A stretch of 64,000 nt of DNA from Verrucomicrobiota bacterium (GCA_027623315.1 JAQBYD010000011.1:4108-68107); one strand, 5' to 3'. Counted from the stretch's first letter, positions 50,590-59,585 are shown. Notes: generated from the letters alone by a model not told the origin. Translations and numbers: made by a program.

Positions 50590-51132
50590 CTATCCGATCA
50601 GTTTCCTGGTGAACTCCACGTCTCTCTTGATGTCATCGACGTTGTCACGGGTGAGCATGGTTTCAATGATGAACGTGTCGACGCCCGTGTCGACTGCTGC
50701 CCGGATGGCTTCCTCGGCGCCACATGATCCTTCGCCCAGGCGCGTGGACGCGACCTCGGCGTTGGCATCATTGACGTGCAGGGAACAGACCCGGCCTTCG
50801 TACTTCTTGATCCAGTCCGCAAGCACAATGCCCCGTTCAGGGCCGAAATCCTTCAAGAGATCGCGCCACGCTTCGTACCGGTTGTCGAACTCGTCCACGG
50901 TCAGGTGCCCGCACGTGAGTTGCATGCCGGTATTGGACAGGGCTTGCCGCATGTCGTCCAATGACGTCGAGGCGTTCGGGTCGTCCGGCACCGCGCCGCA
51001 CCACGCTTCGATGTGGTCGATACCCAGTCCCTTGACCGCCTCGAAGGCGGCTTCCATTCCCCCTTCGAATTTCTGAAGCGTGTAGAGCTGGTATCCGAGT
51101 ATGTTCGTCATATTCCCTCCGTTTCTAGACAT
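50590..51132 (-). CDS. Xylose-isomerase-like TIM-barrel (sugar phosphate isomerase/epimerase) family protein, unusually short (180 aa)
   Basis: The N-terminal (ILGYQLYTLQKF...GIDHIEAW) and C-terminal (SLHVNDANAEV...GEGSCGAEEAIRAAVDTGVDTFIIE) segments match the family, but about 100 aa of the middle seem absent. An intact paralogue lies at 58174..59127. Confidence 0.5.
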   Translation of the reverse strand: MSRNGGNMTNILGYQLYTLQKFEGGMEAAFEAVKGLGIDHIEAWCGAVPDDPNASTSLDDMRQALSNTGMQLTCGHLTVDEFDNRYEAWRDLLKDFGPERGIVLADWIKKYEGRVCSLHVNDANAEVASTRLGEGSCGAEEAIRAAVDTGVDTFIIETMLTRDNVDDIKRDVEFTRKLIG

Positions 51133-51870
51133 CGACAGCCGTAGACACCGAAGCCGTCCTCACCTCATCCGCTGTCACTTCCACGTCTCGCTCGCTGGAC
51201 AGGTAGACGCCTTGCTGGATCAGCATGGTGTTCAGGGCGAGTTCCGCGCTGGGCAGGAGCTCGACACGGCCGTGCAGGGCCGCGGCCCAGTGGCGCTGCG
51301 ACGACGATACGTCCTGACTGCCTTGCGGATTCATCAGGGAGCGTCTGCCCATGACTGCATCCACGCTGGCCTTCATGTCGAAGTCGATGTCGGCGATCGT
51401 TTTGTGGAAGCTGAAAGGATCGACCCTAAGGCCTCCCTGCGACCCCACGATATAGCTCGGGGAGAACTCGTTGAGATTGATCGCCCAGGCGGAGACGATA
51501 TCCATCGTCAGACCTCCTTCAAAAAACACGCATCCGGTTGCGAACTCTTCGACATCAAATTCACGTCCGCGTAGGATCCGGCGATAGGTTTCTGGCAATA
51601 GACGTGCTTGCCTGATTGCAGCGCCGCGATCGTCACCGGCGCGTGCAGGTTGTTGTGCAGGCAGACGTCCACGGCGTCGATGTCGTCCCGCGCGAGCAAC
51701 TCACGGAAATCGCTGCAACGCTCGGGAATGTTAAAGGTGCTGCAGGTCGTGGCGAGCGCATCGCTATCGGTGTCGCATGCCGACACCACCTCGATCTCCT
51801 CGATTTCGCCCCACTCCCGCAAGTGGTGCTGCGCGATCTGGCCGGTTCCAATGATTCCGATTCGTTTCAA
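51125..51870 (-). pseudogene. Gfo/Idh/MocA-family oxidoreductase with a frameshift at an A6/T6 homopolymer (about 51521-51526)
   Basis: N-terminal Rossmann part KRIGIIGTGQIAQHH...HVYCQKPIAGSYADVNLM (ORF 51508..52047 frame; TTG start at 51870 after AAGGAG). It continues in another frame as GCVFFEGGLTMDIVSAW...VDPFSFHK... (ORF 51125..51598). The frame switch maps to gtgttttttgaagg. Total length is only about 248 aa. Confidence 0.55.
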
Positions 51871-51923
51871 TGCCTTCTCCTTCTTCCTGCTACCCCTGCT
51901 TGTAACTCCAGGCACCGATCCGC

Positions 51924-52290
51924 TCAACGGGAATCTGGCAATTCGTCCGAATAGATGGATGGGGCCATGGGGAAGAGGGCCGTCTTCCCGAATTCGGAAC
52001 CCTCGACTTGCCATGGCCGCACTTCGCCGACATTCTCGTATGCCCATACCGCATATCCACCGAGTTCATGGACGTGCCAGTAGTCCGATGGTGCGACTAT
52101 GCCGCCGTGAGCCTGCGCCAGTCGCACGAGGATACCGTGCGCCTTTAGAGCGTCCAATCCCACGGCGCTGCGCGGGCCATGCGGCTCGCACAAGCCAGAG
52201 GGAAAATTACACTGCCGGACAAGCAGCAAAGGCTGCTTCCAGTTGGTGCGGAAACATGCGTTCCCAACGCACTTCGTGCAAGTCGGTCAT
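51924..52290 (-). pseudogene. Creatininase-family-like gene fragment, frameshifted and C-terminally truncated (tentative)
   Basis: Minus-strand ATG at 52290 after GAGGATGAGGA gives MTDLHEVRWERMFPHQLEAAFAACPAV*, a creatininase-like N-terminus. The +1 frame continues ...PSGLCEPHGPRSAVGLDALKAHGILVR... (compare LPVGSTEQHGPHLPLGTD). Only about 120 aa before the stop. Confidence 0.35.
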
Positions 52291-52294
52291 GGGT

Positions 52295-52430
52295 GAATCC
52301 TCATCCTCGTGCTCGTGCTCACTCTTTCGCTTTCACCCAATCCCATTTCCACGCTGATTCCAGATAACCGGGGTTCTCGAGGATCGCTTCGCTCCGAGCA
52401 CGAGAACGAGCACGAGGACGAGCACGATTC
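52295..52430. repeat. Imperfect inverted repeat built from GAGCACGAG units (2 inverted copies on the left, 3 tandem copies on the right) flanking a 75-nt spacer
   Basis: gaatcctcatcctcgtgctcgtgctc ... gagcacgagaacgagcacgaggacgagcacgattc. The region is intergenic or part of a decayed gene. The plus-strand ORF 52309..52593 (HENEHEDEHD) is probably spurious. Confidence 0.6.
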
Positions 52431-52624
52431 AGGGCGGCACGCCGTTGTGTGTCTACCGTGCGCTGGCCCGTATGCGGCGGGTTCGCAGATAACTCGCCAT
52501 ACCTCGACAGTTTCGCGCATGGGGTCGAGGGGTGGAATGAGACCTGGACCTGTCCGCGGTTTCTCTTCTCCGCATTCGTGTAGATGCGAGTGATTCGTGG
52601 GCCCCAAATCTGGGACGTTTCAGG

Positions 52625-53608
52625 TCAGTGCATCTCCACGTCGCAGGTTCCCAGTCCGGGTAACAGGTAGTTGAACTGGACGTTGGGGTGATCGGCGAGC
52701 AGGGACATGGGCACGGAACTGTCGGGGATCTGCTTTGAGATCATCAACGCCGATAGTCGCATGCCGAACGGGTTGTCGTGATGGCCGGGGTGCCAGATCG
52801 AAACCTTCTCTGCCTGCCATGTCTCGACGGGGCCAACCGTGACGGCATTGTGCGGGACGTTCTGAACCACGCCGCCGCCGGACGTGCGTGCGTTTTGGAT
52901 CAAGGTCATCGGGTGCAGGTCCACCACGCGCGTCGCCAGCTTGCGGAACGCTTCGGGTGGTGGGGGCTCGTCCATGTAAGGCTCTTTGCGGTGCGGCGGG
53001 TCATTGAAGGCCCAATGCTTCACCTCGCCCTGGCCGCCCTGCATCGTGACGCAGCGCGCGCTGTCCCAGCTTGCGATGTACTCTGCCGCGTCGGCGGCCG
53101 GGAAGTGAATGTTCTCGCGAGGCATGCGCAGGTCTTCGCGAATGCGATTGAAGCACAGGTCCATGTCTGCCTTCGCGAAGCTGAGCGGAAAGGACTCGGG
53201 TGCTTCTCTGCCGTCGATGACCCACTCGTCCATGCCCCAGAAGTGCGCGTTGGACAGATCAAGGTCCATCGCATTCACGAGACGCGCGACGAGCGGAAGC
53301 TGCTCGGTGGGTCCGATCGGGCCGCAGATCCCGGCCGGCTGCTCCGGCGTGGCCTGCTTCCATGCGTCGATATACTCCAGGGCCTCGGCCAGGAAAAAAT
53401 CTTCAACGGTGTCGTAGAACTCGATCTTGAACCCGTCCCTGGCGAGGCCCGCGATATCGTCAGGCCCCAAACGGGCCGCTTCATCCAGGATCTCCCGGTC
53501 AAGCGTGGTGTAGTCCCACCACTCCGGCGCTATCTTGCTCATCGCTCGCATAGTCTCGCTCCTTAAATAGGGTTGCTGATAGTCTAGCGGCGGTGCTTGG
53601 CGGGGCAA
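52625..53608 (-). CDS. Glucosamine-6-phosphate deaminase (NagB)-like sugar-phosphate isomerase/deaminase family protein
   Basis: [14 protein letters not shown]...[11 protein letters not shown]...ENIHFP...[21 protein letters not shown] parallels NagB LGLPTGGTP...FNMDEY...ENI...LFMGGVGNDGHIAFNEP. The start is possibly the internal MRAMSK. Confidence 0.65.
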   Translation of the reverse strand: MPRQAPPLDYQQPYLRSETMRAMSKIAPEWWDYTTLDREILDEAARLGPDDIAGLARDGFKIEFYDTVEDFFLAEALEYIDAWKQATPEQPAGICGPIGPTEQLPLVARLVNAMDLDLSNAHFWGMDEWVIDGREAPESFPLSFAKADMDLCFNRIREDLRMPRENIHFPAADAAEYIASWDSARCVTMQGGQGEVKHWAFNDPPHRKEPYMDEPPPPEAFRKLATRVVDLHPMTLIQNARTSGGGVVQNVPHNAVTVGPVETWQAEKVSIWHPGHHDNPFGMRLSALMISKQIPDSSVPMSLLADHPNVQFNYLLPGLGTCDVEMH

Positions 53609-53657
53609 GTCTGATGTTGGTTATCTGTTATCGGTTGTTGGAGCGATCCTCGACGGC

Positions 53658-53912
53658 TCAGAGTAGAAGCGGCGTCCCGCCGCTTTCTGTGACAGAAAGT
53701 GACAAGCAGGGAGCCCCGTCCTTGCCTTTTACCTCCCTCGCTAACTCCAACAGGCGACACCGCAGGACGTCAATCCGATCCGCATGGACCCGGTCATCCG
53801 TAAGGTTGTAGCACTCGCCCGGATCGTTCCGCAAATCGAAGAGTTCCTCGTAGACGGGTTGCTCGGTGAGGGCCGCCACGCTGAGAATATAGATAATGTT
53901 GGGACGTTGCAT
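53658..53912 (-). pseudogene. Sulfatase remnant with internal deletion (N-terminal 11 aa fused directly to the C-terminal roughly 40 aa)
   Basis: MQRPNIIYIL (sulfatase N-terminus) followed by YEELFDLRNDPGECYNLTDDRVHADRIDVLRCRLLELAREV (sulfatase C-terminal motif). The 3' end is formed by the repeated palindromic element at 53662..53687. Confidence 0.5.
53662..53687. repeat. Palindromic element copy 2 (AGTAGAAGCGGCGTCCCGCCGCTTTC)
   Basis: Exact 26-nt match to 20664..20689. Followed by the near-palindrome tttctgtgacagaaa. Confidence 0.6.
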
Positions 53913-55156
53913 CAGTTTCTCGCGCCGCGACTCGGAAACAGATCGTATCCTTCGGCACTCAGAACAGATCCGGCGACAGCCCAGTCCACGGCGGGGGTGT
54001 CGGAGGGCAGGACGCCGTGGTCATAGCACTCTTGAAGGGCGGAGCGTAGCCCTTCTACGCTGGTCAGTGCGGTATCCGAATCGATCCGGATCATGCTCTT
54101 GGGGAAATCGACGATCTCGCGGGCCGACTCCTGGGCGAGGTTGACGCACAGTGTGAGGGGCGTCGCCGTTTCGATCTCGCACGCAAGTGGCGTGTTATTT
54201 CGAATGGCTTCGGCAGCGCTGCATACCGCGTAGCGTTGCCCGGTGTTGGGACAACCATACTCGCGGGTTTCGCCGTTGCTGAAGCGGGCCACGAACGGCT
54301 GGCCGGCCTGCAGGCCGTAGGTCACGGTCGCATCGTCAAACTCATAGATCATGGTCGGCCCGGTCGCTGTCGAGACGGCATGTGTCGCATAGTAGAGAAC
54401 CTCAACGCCGGCCGTTGTGTGAACCCGGAGGGCGGCCGTGTCGTAGTTCGTGATCGGGTTCGCCCGGTAGAGTTCCGCCTGCACGTCCGCGAGGGCGGCG
54501 CTGGTGTGCGGCTGATCTCCGAGCACGAAGAAACTGTTGTGAAGGTAGTGGGAGGTTGCGTTGCTGACCGGACTGTCGAGAACCCAGTCTCCGGCCGCCG
54601 TCTGCAGTTGGCCCGCCCAACTGCTGCGACCGTAATACGATGCGTCACGCGGCCAGCAGACGAGCGTACGAAAACGGCGCGGTTGTCCCATGTCTCCGGC
54701 CATGATGTCTTTCTTGAGTTGTCGTATAGGATCGGAGTAGGACCACTGGTAGCCGATCGCGGCCCGCCGGCCGGACTGGTCGCGCGCCTTCGCCATGGCG
54801 TGGGCGTCCTGGATCCTGGCGGCTGCGGGCTTTTCGCAGTAGACGTGCGAACCGTGCTGCAGGGCCTTGATGGTGTGCTCGCAGTGCAGGTGGATCGGCG
54901 TGGAGACGATCACGAGATCGGCCGCGGTGCCGCGGAGATAATCGTCAAGCGATGTATGAATCTGAACGGCGCGCTCGTTAAGCTCTGCGAGATGTTCGCA
55001 CCGGGAGGGATCCGGATCGATGGCGGCAACCAGTTCCAACTCTTGACGGGAGGCGCCTTGCAGGAGCTGCGAAAGATGAGAGTTCGCAAATCCGCCCATT
55101 CCGATCACGGCCGTCCTAAGGCGGGCCGCGGTTGCCTGATCCACGAGTTCACTCAT
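53912..55156 (-). CDS. Gfo/Idh/MocA-family oxidoreductase
   Basis: ORF 53912..55198 with probable start MSELVDQATAARLRTAVIGMGGFANSH. EKP motif (HVYCEKPAA). Long C-terminal alpha/beta domain. Confidence 0.8.
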   Translation of the reverse strand: MSELVDQATAARLRTAVIGMGGFANSHLSQLLQGASRQELELVAAIDPDPSRCEHLAELNERAVQIHTSLDDYLRGTAADLVIVSTPIHLHCEHTIKALQHGSHVYCEKPAAARIQDAHAMAKARDQSGRRAAIGYQWSYSDPIRQLKKDIMAGDMGQPRRFRTLVCWPRDASYYGRSSWAGQLQTAAGDWVLDSPVSNATSHYLHNSFFVLGDQPHTSAALADVQAELYRANPITNYDTAALRVHTTAGVEVLYYATHAVSTATGPTMIYEFDDATVTYGLQAGQPFVARFSNGETREYGCPNTGQRYAVCSAAEAIRNNTPLACEIETATPLTLCVNLAQESAREIVDFPKSMIRIDSDTALTSVEGLRSALQECYDHGVLPSDTPAVDWAVAGSVLSAEGYDLFPSRGARN

Positions 55157-55301
55157 TCGCGAGCCGCCCGGCGGGTTGCCAAGCGGAGATCCGTCCACTG
55201 TTGCGGGCAGGCTGGACGTTCCCGGTCGCGAACGCGCGGGGAAGAGAACCCGGAGCCCTTCGCTCGGGGAGAAGGGCCCGGGTTATAATGCGGTTGTCGG
55301 A

Positions 55302-55499
55302 TTACTCGCCCGGGCGGCGCACGTTTGTGGCGCAGGGCCCTTTGCGGCCTTCACCGATATCAAACTCCACGTCTTCGCCGTCTTGCAACGAGTCGCCGCG
55401 AATCTCGGAATGATGAACGAACAGATCGCCACCTTCCTCTTGTTCGATAAAACCGTAGCCCTTTTCCGAGTTGAACCATTTTACTTTGCCTTGAGGCAT
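55302..55499 (-). CDS. cspA: Cold-shock protein (CspA family)
   Basis: [33 protein letters not shown] with RNP1/RNP2 motifs. 65 aa. Confidence 0.9.
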   Translation of the reverse strand: MPQGKVKWFNSEKGYGFIEQEEGGDLFVHHSEIRGDSLQDGEDVEFDIGEGRKGPCATNVRRPGE

Positions 55500-55761
55500 T
55501 GTTTGCTCTCCGATAGTATTGTGTTCCGGTATTCGAGGACAACATTGCCCCTCGTCGATGGGACTAGACTAGTCAGCCGCGGAAAAAGCGCAAGTCGCGA
55601 CTTGAGGGTTTTGAGCTTTTTTTTTAGACCGGTTTTGAGTGACCCCGCGAAGGGGTCATTGCCTGATGATTCCAGACCGGGCGGTTTGCCGGGGATGACC
55701 CCGGCGGCGGGGGGTGGTGTTGGTGGTGACAGGAGAGGACGTCCGACGAGGAGGATAGAAA

Positions 55762-55791
55762 ATGGCTATGGACGGTGTGATTTTCCGATGA
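55762..55791 (+). CDS. Nine-codon upstream ORF (MAMDGVIFR) translationally coupled to the PQQ-propeller gene
   Basis: GAGGAGGA Shine-Dalgarno 6 nt before ATG 55762. Its TGA stop overlaps the downstream ATG (cgATGAgc). The main gene has no Shine-Dalgarno of its own. Confidence 0.3.
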   Translation: MAMDGVIFR

Positions 55792-57047
55792 GCGCGGCAT
55801 TACGAAGAACGTTTACCCTGGGCATGATCCTCGCCGCCGCGGGGGCGCACGCGGCGGAGACGTCTCCGGGCACCGCATTTCGTGGAGCCCTCGGCTCCGC
55901 GGTGTACGACGTGCCTGGCCTGCCGACCTCGTGGAGCGAGGCGGACCACGAGAACATTCGTTGGAAAGCTGACCTCGCCGTGCCCGGCTGGGCCTCGCCG
56001 GTGACCTGGAAGGATAAGGTGATTGCGACCGGGGCGGATTCCGAACATCGCTATGCGTGGTGTTTCGCCGAGGCTGACGGGAAGCGTGTCTGGGCCACGG
56101 AGGTGCCTGCGGTCGAAGGTGCGACGGAGGGCTATGCCACCGACACGATGGACCCCGAGTGGGATGCCCGAATGTATGCGGCTTCCACGCCCGTGACCGA
56201 CGGCCGCCGCGTCTACGTTCTGTTTTCGAACGGACAGTTGGCCGCGCTGGAACTCGCCGACGGAAAAATTGCGTGGAATATTCCGTTGGGCGATACATCG
56301 CCGAATACGTACGGCCTCTCCGGCTCATTGCGACTCCACGACGGTAAGTTAATCGTCGTATTCCAAGGAGATAAGAAGTCTATTGCCGGCTACGATGCCG
56401 AATCCGGCAAACCATTGTGGACGGCGCAGCGCCCATCCTCGACGTGGGCTTCGGCGGCTCTGGTAAAGACGTCGAAGGGCAGAGATCGGCTGGTCCTGCT
56501 GGGTGACCCCGATCTCACCGCCTGGGATCCGGCCACGGGAAAGCAGGCGTGGTCCATCGACATTCTCAGCGGAAAACCGGACTACAACGTCGGGCCCTCG
56601 CCGGTCTTTGACGGGAAATCGATCTATGTCAATTGCCAGGGATCGGGAATCTATGCGGTCGATCCCGATACGGGCGCGAAGCGTTGGGGCGTTGAAGAAC
56701 TCCCCGTGGGGTATGGTTTTGCAGATGGCGTCAGCATGGTTGCCGGCGGTGGAAGGGTGTACCAGTACTACGGCTACGTTTTGAGTTGCCTGGACGCGGT
56801 GACCGGCAAGGTGCTCAGGGAGCGCGAGATGGATGATGCGGCGAGTTACGCGTCACCCTTTCTGAATGGTCGGCATCTCTACCTCGTCTCGGTGAATGGC
56901 GTACGCGTCGTTGACGCCGATCCGGGCAAGGGGCTTTCCGCGATCGGGACGGGATCTCTGGATGGTCGCATCGAGGCGAGTCCCACCGTCGCCGGTGATG
57001 CCATCTTCATACGCACCGACAAAGCGCTCTATTGTATCGGCAAGTGA
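55788..57047 (+). CDS. PQQ-like beta-propeller repeat protein (BamB/YVTN type), secreted
   Basis: Internal start MSAALRRTFTLGMILAAAGAHA (signal peptide) of ORF 55176..57047. Blade repeats such as LAALELADGKIAW, AGYDAESGKPLW, TAWDPATGKQAW. Confidence 0.7.
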   Translation: MSAALRRTFTLGMILAAAGAHAAETSPGTAFRGALGSAVYDVPGLPTSWSEADHENIRWKADLAVPGWASPVTWKDKVIATGADSEHRYAWCFAEADGKRVWATEVPAVEGATEGYATDTMDPEWDARMYAASTPVTDGRRVYVLFSNGQLAALELADGKIAWNIPLGDTSPNTYGLSGSLRLHDGKLIVVFQGDKKSIAGYDAESGKPLWTAQRPSSTWASAALVKTSKGRDRLVLLGDPDLTAWDPATGKQAWSIDILSGKPDYNVGPSPVFDGKSIYVNCQGSGIYAVDPDTGAKRWGVEELPVGYGFADGVSMVAGGGRVYQYYGYVLSCLDAVTGKVLREREMDDAASYASPFLNGRHLYLVSVNGVRVVDADPGKGLSAIGTGSLDGRIEASPTVAGDAIFIRTDKALYCIGK

Positions 57048-57097
57048 ACCCGACGCTCTTGATGGAGCCAGGAGCCCGTGGGACTTAGCCATCCCGG

Positions 57098-58225
57098 CTA
57101 TTGTCGATCTGCAGGGCCACCTGGTGATTCTTGTGCATCGGTGTCCGCTGTTTCGTCTTCGGTGTGCTGTAGTTGATCGAGTTCTTCACTCAACTTGTGT
57201 CCGGATCCGGATGTGTAGAGCACAAAAACGGCTCCTCCGATCAGGCTCCAGAGCGTCATGCTGGTCGTGAGTAGAAGGGACATGACGAGCGCGTGACCGT
57301 CGCTGACGGCGAACTCGGGGAGCAGAAGCACATATGCGCCTTCGCGAATCCCAATGCCTCCCGGCGTGAGTGGCATGGCGCCGAGGATATTGGCGATAGG
57401 GATGATCGCATAGTAGACGGCGAGATCGAGAGAGACGCCCAGGCTGTACCCGAAGGCAACGGTCATCATGACGAGCACGCCTTGATTGATTGTGGAGTAC
57501 GCGAGGGAGGCAAGTAGAGCGCCGGGGTGATCGCGATAGAGATAGAACGCATCGTAAACGCGATGAATGATCTCACCCACGCGCTGCATCTTGCCAAGGA
57601 TGCGCCGGAACAGGGGGACCTTCTCCAGCAGGTTCTGAGAGAACGCCGCGATCAGTGCGAGGTAAGCCGTCGCGCTTATGGCCAGTGTCCACCAGTAAAC
57701 CTGGCGTAAGACCGGGGTCGCCATGAACAGGCGGGTCTGCGCGAGCATCATAACGTCGGCGATCATGATCATCGTGATCAAGCCCGTGATGCGATCGACG
57801 AGGATTGTGGCGATCGCCTCCGTGCGTTGTCCGCCGACTTCGCGGGACACGTAGTAGGCTTTGGCAATGTCACCTCCCGTGCCGCCGAGCATGAGGGCGT
57901 TAAAGAAGTGACCGATGAACGAGAGGCTGATCACGCGCCGCAGTTGCAGACGCACGCCCTGCGCGACGAGCAGCGCTTGCCATCGCAGCGAGATGGCGAT
58001 CAGGCAGACGATGAATCCCGAGAAACCCGCAAGGACCCATGGCCAGTTTGCCATGGCGCTACGCAGCTGGTCCCAGATGTCCTGTTCGTCCAGGCGAACC
58101 AGAATCCACGCAACGATCCCGATGCCGGCCGCTGCCTTCAGCGATCCGACGACGATCTTCTGGCGCTTCTTGTTCAATCCGACGTCGCGTGCACCGGCTC
58201 CTCCGAGCTGGGCTCGAGGGCCCAC
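57098..58225 (-). CDS. Lysylphosphatidylglycerol-synthase-TM-region / flippase-like (UPF0104) membrane protein
   Basis: FFNALMLGGTGGDIAKAYYV and PLTPGGIGIREGA motifs, polytopic. The N-terminus overlaps the upstream gene by about 50 nt, so the true start is probably internal. Confidence 0.7.
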   Translation of the reverse strand: MGPRAQLGGAGARDVGLNKKRQKIVVGSLKAAAGIGIVAWILVRLDEQDIWDQLRSAMANWPWVLAGFSGFIVCLIAISLRWQALLVAQGVRLQLRRVISLSFIGHFFNALMLGGTGGDIAKAYYVSREVGGQRTEAIATILVDRITGLITMIMIADVMMLAQTRLFMATPVLRQVYWWTLAISATAYLALIAAFSQNLLEKVPLFRRILGKMQRVGEIIHRVYDAFYLYRDHPGALLASLAYSTINQGVLVMMTVAFGYSLGVSLDLAVYYAIIPIANILGAMPLTPGGIGIREGAYVLLLPEFAVSDGHALVMSLLLTTSMTLWSLIGGAVFVLYTSGSGHKLSEELDQLQHTEDETADTDAQESPGGPADRQ

Positions 58226-59127
58226 GCTTCCTTGATGATTCGGATGCCCTCCTTCAGTTGGTCGGGGTCGATTCGCCGGCTGGGCTCGAATACAAGGGGC
58301 ACATCGCGGCGAATAATCGTCCGAAAGACGGAGAAATCCATATCCCCGAGCGGCGGCATCAGGTGGTCCATGCCGGGAGTCGCCACATCGTGGATATGGG
58401 TGCCGCCCAGGTGTGGAGACAGGCGTTCAAGCCAGCGCGGGTGGTTGATCAGACCCAGGTTCTGACGAATCTGCGAGTGACCGAAATCATGCCAATAGGT
58501 CAGATGCGGCGAATCGAAAGTCTTCAGCAATGTCTCGAGTTCGATCTCGGTTGGGAAGGCCTCCCACGTGGGCAGAATTTCGATGCCGAGCTTCATGTTG
58601 CTCTGCTCGAGAATAGGAATCAGTTTCTCGACGCCTTCGTAAAGGTAGCGGCGCTGCTTCTCCGACTTCTTGTCGCGTTTCGTCAGCAGCTTGATCTTAA
58701 GTTTGTCGAACTTGGGCTCGTGTTGTTTGCCATCTTCGTAAAGACCTATCAGTTCGCGCGTATAGCCGCGCATCTTCACATTTCCGACATGCGTCACCAC
58801 AATCGGCGCGCCCATTTCCGCCGCGAATTCAATTGTTTTGCGTGTATGCCAGACGGCGTTCTCGCGTACGCGCGAGTCTGGATCGGCGAGCGTGAAGAGT
58901 TCGGGGTGGCCCATCGGCGCGCCCACCGGAACAGGGCAATAGTTATGAACAGAGCTTATGCTGACGGCGTTCTGGCGGACCATCTTCTGAACGCCGGGAA
59001 GCAGGTCGACCGTGAAGTCGTAGCCGAGCTCGATTTGGTCGAGGCCGAGTTCGAGCGCCTCTTCGACGAGTGTTTCGCCGTCGGCATGACGGAACGTATG
59101 CCAGCGAGTAGAAAGGCTGTAGCTCAT
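58174..59127 (-). CDS. Sugar phosphate isomerase/epimerase (xylose-isomerase-like TIM barrel)
   Basis: ORF 58174..59175 with start MSYSLSTRWHTF. The metal-site pattern H...D...E is spread over 317 aa. Confidence 0.7.
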   Translation of the reverse strand: MSYSLSTRWHTFRHADGETLVEEALELGLDQIELGYDFTVDLLPGVQKMVRQNAVSISSVHNYCPVPVGAPMGHPELFTLADPDSRVRENAVWHTRKTIEFAAEMGAPIVVTHVGNVKMRGYTRELIGLYEDGKQHEPKFDKLKIKLLTKRDKKSEKQRRYLYEGVEKLIPILEQSNMKLGIEILPTWEAFPTEIELETLLKTFDSPHLTYWHDFGHSQIRQNLGLINHPRWLERLSPHLGGTHIHDVATPGMDHLMPPLGDMDFSVFRTIIRRDVPLVFEPSRRIDPDQLKEGIRIIKEAWALEPSSEEPVHATSD

Positions 59128-59212
59128 GCAAGCAGAGTTCGGTAAGCGACGCTGTCGCAAGCGTGCGAAACACATTGACGCGCAGACTCCGGCGTCGAAC
59201 GCACGGGTACGT

Positions 59213-59249
59213 TAAAAAAGCCCCCTGCTAAACCCAGGGAGCTTGCTAG
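59213..59249 (-). terminator. Rho-independent terminator downstream of rpsU (minus strand)
   Basis: Minus strand reads agctccctg-ggtttag-cagggggct followed by ttttttaac. Confidence 0.7.
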
Positions 59250-59279
59250 TGAATTCGGAAAACTGAGTAGAGAACGGGA

Positions 59280-59546
59280 TTAGAAATCCCGCATGCGGCT
59301 GCGAGCGGCCTTGCGACGTTTCTTCTCGCTCGGCTTTTCGAAATAACGATGGGCTCGAAGGTCCTTGAGGGTCCCCTCCTTGTCCATGATCTTCTTCAAA
59401 CGGCGCAGGGCCTTCTCAACTGATTCGCCTCTTTTTACTCTTACTGAAACCACGGTCTCTCTCACGCTCCCTTCTTTTTGGTTGAAATATCGAGCCAATA
59501 TATCCATACCTGTGCGCTCCGTCAATTCGATTGTGATTTCGGACAT
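59280..59546 (-). CDS. rpsU: 30S ribosomal protein S21
   Basis: ...VSVRVKRGESVEKALRRLKKIMDKEGTLKDLRAHRYFEKPSEKKRRKAARSRMR matches the S21 pattern. The true start is probably the internal GTG (VVSVRV, about 59453) after GAGAGAG. The annotated N-terminal 30 aa are likely not translated. Confidence 0.75.
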   Translation of the reverse strand: MSEITIELTERTGMDILARYFNQKEGSVRETVVSVRVKRGESVEKALRRLKKIMDKEGTLKDLRAHRYFEKPSEKKRRKAARSRMRDF

Positions 59547-59585
59547 ATTTTCTGGATGTCGCCCCAGCCATTCTCAATTCTGATA

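Noticed and set aside
49700-50727. ORFs 49700..50395 (minus) and 49756..50727 (plus)
   Set aside because: Alternative frame or antisense of the MASE1-PAS sensor. The sensor frame has clear family motifs.
52309-52593. 94-aa plus-strand ORF encoding HENEHEDEHD
   Set aside because: The acidic repeat is produced by the GAGCACGAG tandem units. There is no Shine-Dalgarno, and it overlaps a probable minus-strand gene fragment.
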